Assembly: GCA_030141605.1 (NCBI GenBank)
Contig: JAQGDQ010000661.1
Span: 52,952-116,951, forward strand
Source: Tubiluchus corallicola
Lineage: Eukaryota > Animalia > Priapulida
Direction of reading: 5' to 3'
Length of the DNA stretch: 64,000 bases
Shown here: positions 61,193-64,000 of the stretch, in pieces
Layout: every line of letters starts with the position of its first letter
How positions within the stretch are numbered: the stretch's first letter is position 1
The notes under the pieces: generated by a model
Databases searched by the model: none
Seen by the model: only the letters and a program-made list of their open reading frames with translations
What the model was told of the DNA's origin: nothing
Program-made: the position numbers and the translations under genes

Positions 61193-62569
61193 CTAAAGAG
61201 AAAAACTATCTCACAAACTGGCATTTTTCAAAATTAAAATCTATCATTGTTCAAAATGAGAAAACGCATCTCTCGGGGGGAAATGATCAGGTAAAGGAAC
61301 TCTCTCTTGCATTGATGCTGTGAGCAGGTGGACATGAAAATATGAAGGAACATCTAAAAGTTGAGAGTGGATCACAAATAAGCTTTTTCATTGTTTAGCT
61401 GTGTGCATACGCAGTTGCCGTAGGTCAAAGGTTAAGTGTACCACAGCAATGCGTCTTAACTACAACCATCGCGTGACATGTGGGTGAAGCAAAGCCATCT
61501 GCCGTATCAGTTCAGTTGGTTGTAGGGCTTTCGGTTGTTTTACGTGGACTTTACTTAATTACGCATTAGTCTGTGCATAGAGTGATTTGCTAGTAGGATC
61601 TTGCTTGGGAACAAGAAAAAATGAACTAGGTAAGGTTCTAGCTAGCTGCTAAAACTGTTATGTTACTGATACAATAGCTTGGGCTACGAGGCGTTGTCAC
61701 ATGTACACAAATTTGTTGTCTGGTACACTTAACCTTTGACCTTTTTAATGAGCATCATCAATTGCTGGAACTGAGAAAAGGCTTACTGTGTCCTATGATA
61801 GTAAAAAAAACCACACAGGAGGTAACAAAAGAACAAATGTTACAACCTTGTGGAGAGGGATTTGCTATGAAATCTATAGCTACTAGGAAAGAAATTACAC
61901 TACATAATGAAGTCGATCTCTTTTAGGAATGATCATCTCACTATTAAGTTGCGCCTCCCGGACACCAATTTTCAATGTGAAATTGAGACAATTGAGACAA
62001 ATTGAGACAAATTGGGACAAAATGGGAATTCGTTTGAATTTCTTCAAATAGATGGCGCTGACGCAAATTTCACGCACGCGCCGTAGATTCGCCACACCGC
62101 CACATTTGAAATGCGTTTGTGACAAATTATTTACACTTTGTGTGAAATTTTTACCATTTTTTCGAGAGAGAAACATGAGAACTCGACAGCAAACGGTAAG
62201 CAAATTTATTTCCGACTTTCTGACACGCAATAGCGGGCCAGCGCTCCATAAATGCGAACAGTATGAGCGCTTCGGTACAGTAGCCCAATAATATTTTTTA
62301 TCATTAAAGTTTGTCGCCGAGTTAAATTATTCTGACTGTTAATACGTTAACAAAACGGCTCAGTTAGCACTCGAGGGTCGTTCAGCAGTGTGTTATAATA
62401 GTGAAATAATAGAGCAAAAACAATGCAAACATTGAAGTCATGTTGAGCTAGCCTACTAGTACCAGAGAGTCAGTTTGGGAGATAGAAATTGATGAGCCAC
62501 TAACATAACTCGTGTGCACTTGTGTGAAGGTGTTGTAATTATGTATACTAAATACTATATTTTTTATAG

Positions 62570-63495
62570 CACGTACTGTGCGTGTTGTGCTAGACGACAT
62601 AGCACAACGTGGTCAACTACAACATGTACCACCCCCGGTTGAGCCAGTTGTCGTGAGTAAGCCAAACACGAGTCAGCTAAGGCCAGCTGGTCCTCAGGTT
62701 AGTTCTATTTTTTTTGTACCTCATGTGTTCTTGCTAATTTTTAGAAACTAATTTTTAGAAACTGACTATAGTATGACTATGTTGAATATAGTGTTTATAT
62801 AATTTTAACGCTGGTTTTATTTCTCTATAGAGTCTCTTGCCTTCAGCTTGGAAAGAAGCCATACCAAAGAGGGAACAGGCCTGGGTCTCTAAGGCTGTTT
62901 TCATCATTGGACCTGGTGGTAAACGGCAGTTGAAGCCGAACATCCAGATGTGGGTTCATCCACCACAACCTCTAATGATTCATAATCAGCCACCAGCATC
63001 CACGGCTCTGTTTTTTGCAAGACCATTATTTCTTTGGATGCCATTTCGTTTCTGGAAGGTGAGACTGCAGTGTGTAAAACCTGACTGAGTAGGACAAATG
63101 GCTCTTTGTGGATATTAAAAGACAGTTTGCCAAGTAGTCGATGTGGATGGCACCTTTTTTCTTGCTACTGACTATCTGGAATGTAGAGTATGCCATACCA
63201 AAGTTGCAGCATGGTGCCCAGGAATACTACAACAAATCGATGTAGGCCATCGTTCGCAGTTTCCTGCACTGCTAACATACAGGTATGCATGTAGCAAGCG
63301 TCTTCTGATGATGGATTCCACGTGTGCAGAAGGTGCTGGATTGACGGAGATGGCTGCTGGACGGATGAGACGTTACAGCGAGGCGAACCAAGATCCGCCA
63401 CATCTGATGTACGTAGACAGGGATTGCTGTTCATCGACAGGAACAAGGAGTAAGACACATGCCATGTTTCACTTGTGGAAGAACCTGATTGTTTT
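62570..63495 (+). pseudogene. Decayed intron-containing DUF6729-like putative DNA transposase
   Basis: Exon 62570-62697 splices in frame to 62831. Motifs LFLWMP..W.V.L.C, VVDVDG.F.L.TDYLEC..C...AW...IL.Q....R.QFPALLTY.YAC, MDST, EG.GL..MA.G...RY..A...PP.LMYVDRDCC. In-frame stops near 63086 and 63116, plus apparent internal deletions. Confidence 0.65.
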
Positions 63496-63589
63496 TTGTA
63501 TGTGTATTATATTGTTTTATATTTTGTATTATTTTTTGCTGTGCACAGTTTTTTGGGGGTTTTTTAATATTTTTTTCTGCCCCTACCAA

Positions 63590-63775
63590 ACCAACTACCA
63601 AACCCTAATGCAATCCCTAGCCCTAACCCTAATCCTAGCCATAGCCCTAACCTTAATCACATCCCTAAGCCTAGCCCTAACTCTAATGCAATCCCTAGCC
63701 CTAACCCTAAACCTCTAAACTGTAACTCTAAATCTAACCAACCCTAGCCCTAATCTTAGCCCTAATCCCAACCCG
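63590..63775. repeat. Degenerate (CCCTAA/CCCTAG)n tract
   Basis: Read directly; interstitial. Confidence 0.85.
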
Positions 63776-64000
63776 CTCCGCAAACTATCTTCTTGTGCAT
63801 GTGGCGAATTGTAAACTTCAGTCAAACTGTTTTATAAATGCCGGTTTTTGTATTCCTAGATGTAGGTGAAAAAGCACAAGAGTTGGAGCCTGATTCCCAA
63901 TCTCCCAGTCTGGCCTCCTCGTCAAGCAGTTTAGAGGAGCCGTATCAGTCAGAGGTGAGTTTTTGAGAATGTTCGCGATTTACGATCTGTATACTGCGCA

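Overview
AT-rich, repeat-dense, intron-containing eukaryotic DNA. It is inferred to be metazoan, probably an invertebrate (the 5S-derived sequence looks spiralian-like); it is not prokaryotic and has no CRISPR array. Every host gene I can support lies on the minus strand. From right to left they are: the last three exons of a PDZ-domain gene (61192-57337); an intronless 664-aa cadherin-like type I membrane protein (52814-50820); a complete 7-exon ENKD1 (enkurin domain-containing 1) gene reconstructed by hand with consistent GT-AG phases (43380-30249, 414 aa); two intronless tandem paralogues of an unrecognised family, one expanded by a 41-aa repeat (22233-21727 and 16991-14478); and a tentative 3-exon 83-aa gene (7487-6055). 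The remainder is mini- and microsatellite, many MITEs with readable TIRs and TSDs, two 5S-rRNA-headed SINEs, LINE and LTR remnants, and a decayed intron-containing DUF6729-like transposase. The most unusual structures are: (i) an intronic array that duplicates the ENKD1 exon-2 splice acceptor ten times as AG|GT sites; (ii) an inverted, still splice-competent copy of ENKD1 exon 3 carried together with a MITE; (iii) a hairpin array starting at the cadherin stop codon; (iv) a minimal U3-A8 hammerhead ribozyme in a Penelope-like inverted repeat. All calls were made by eye; no searches were run.
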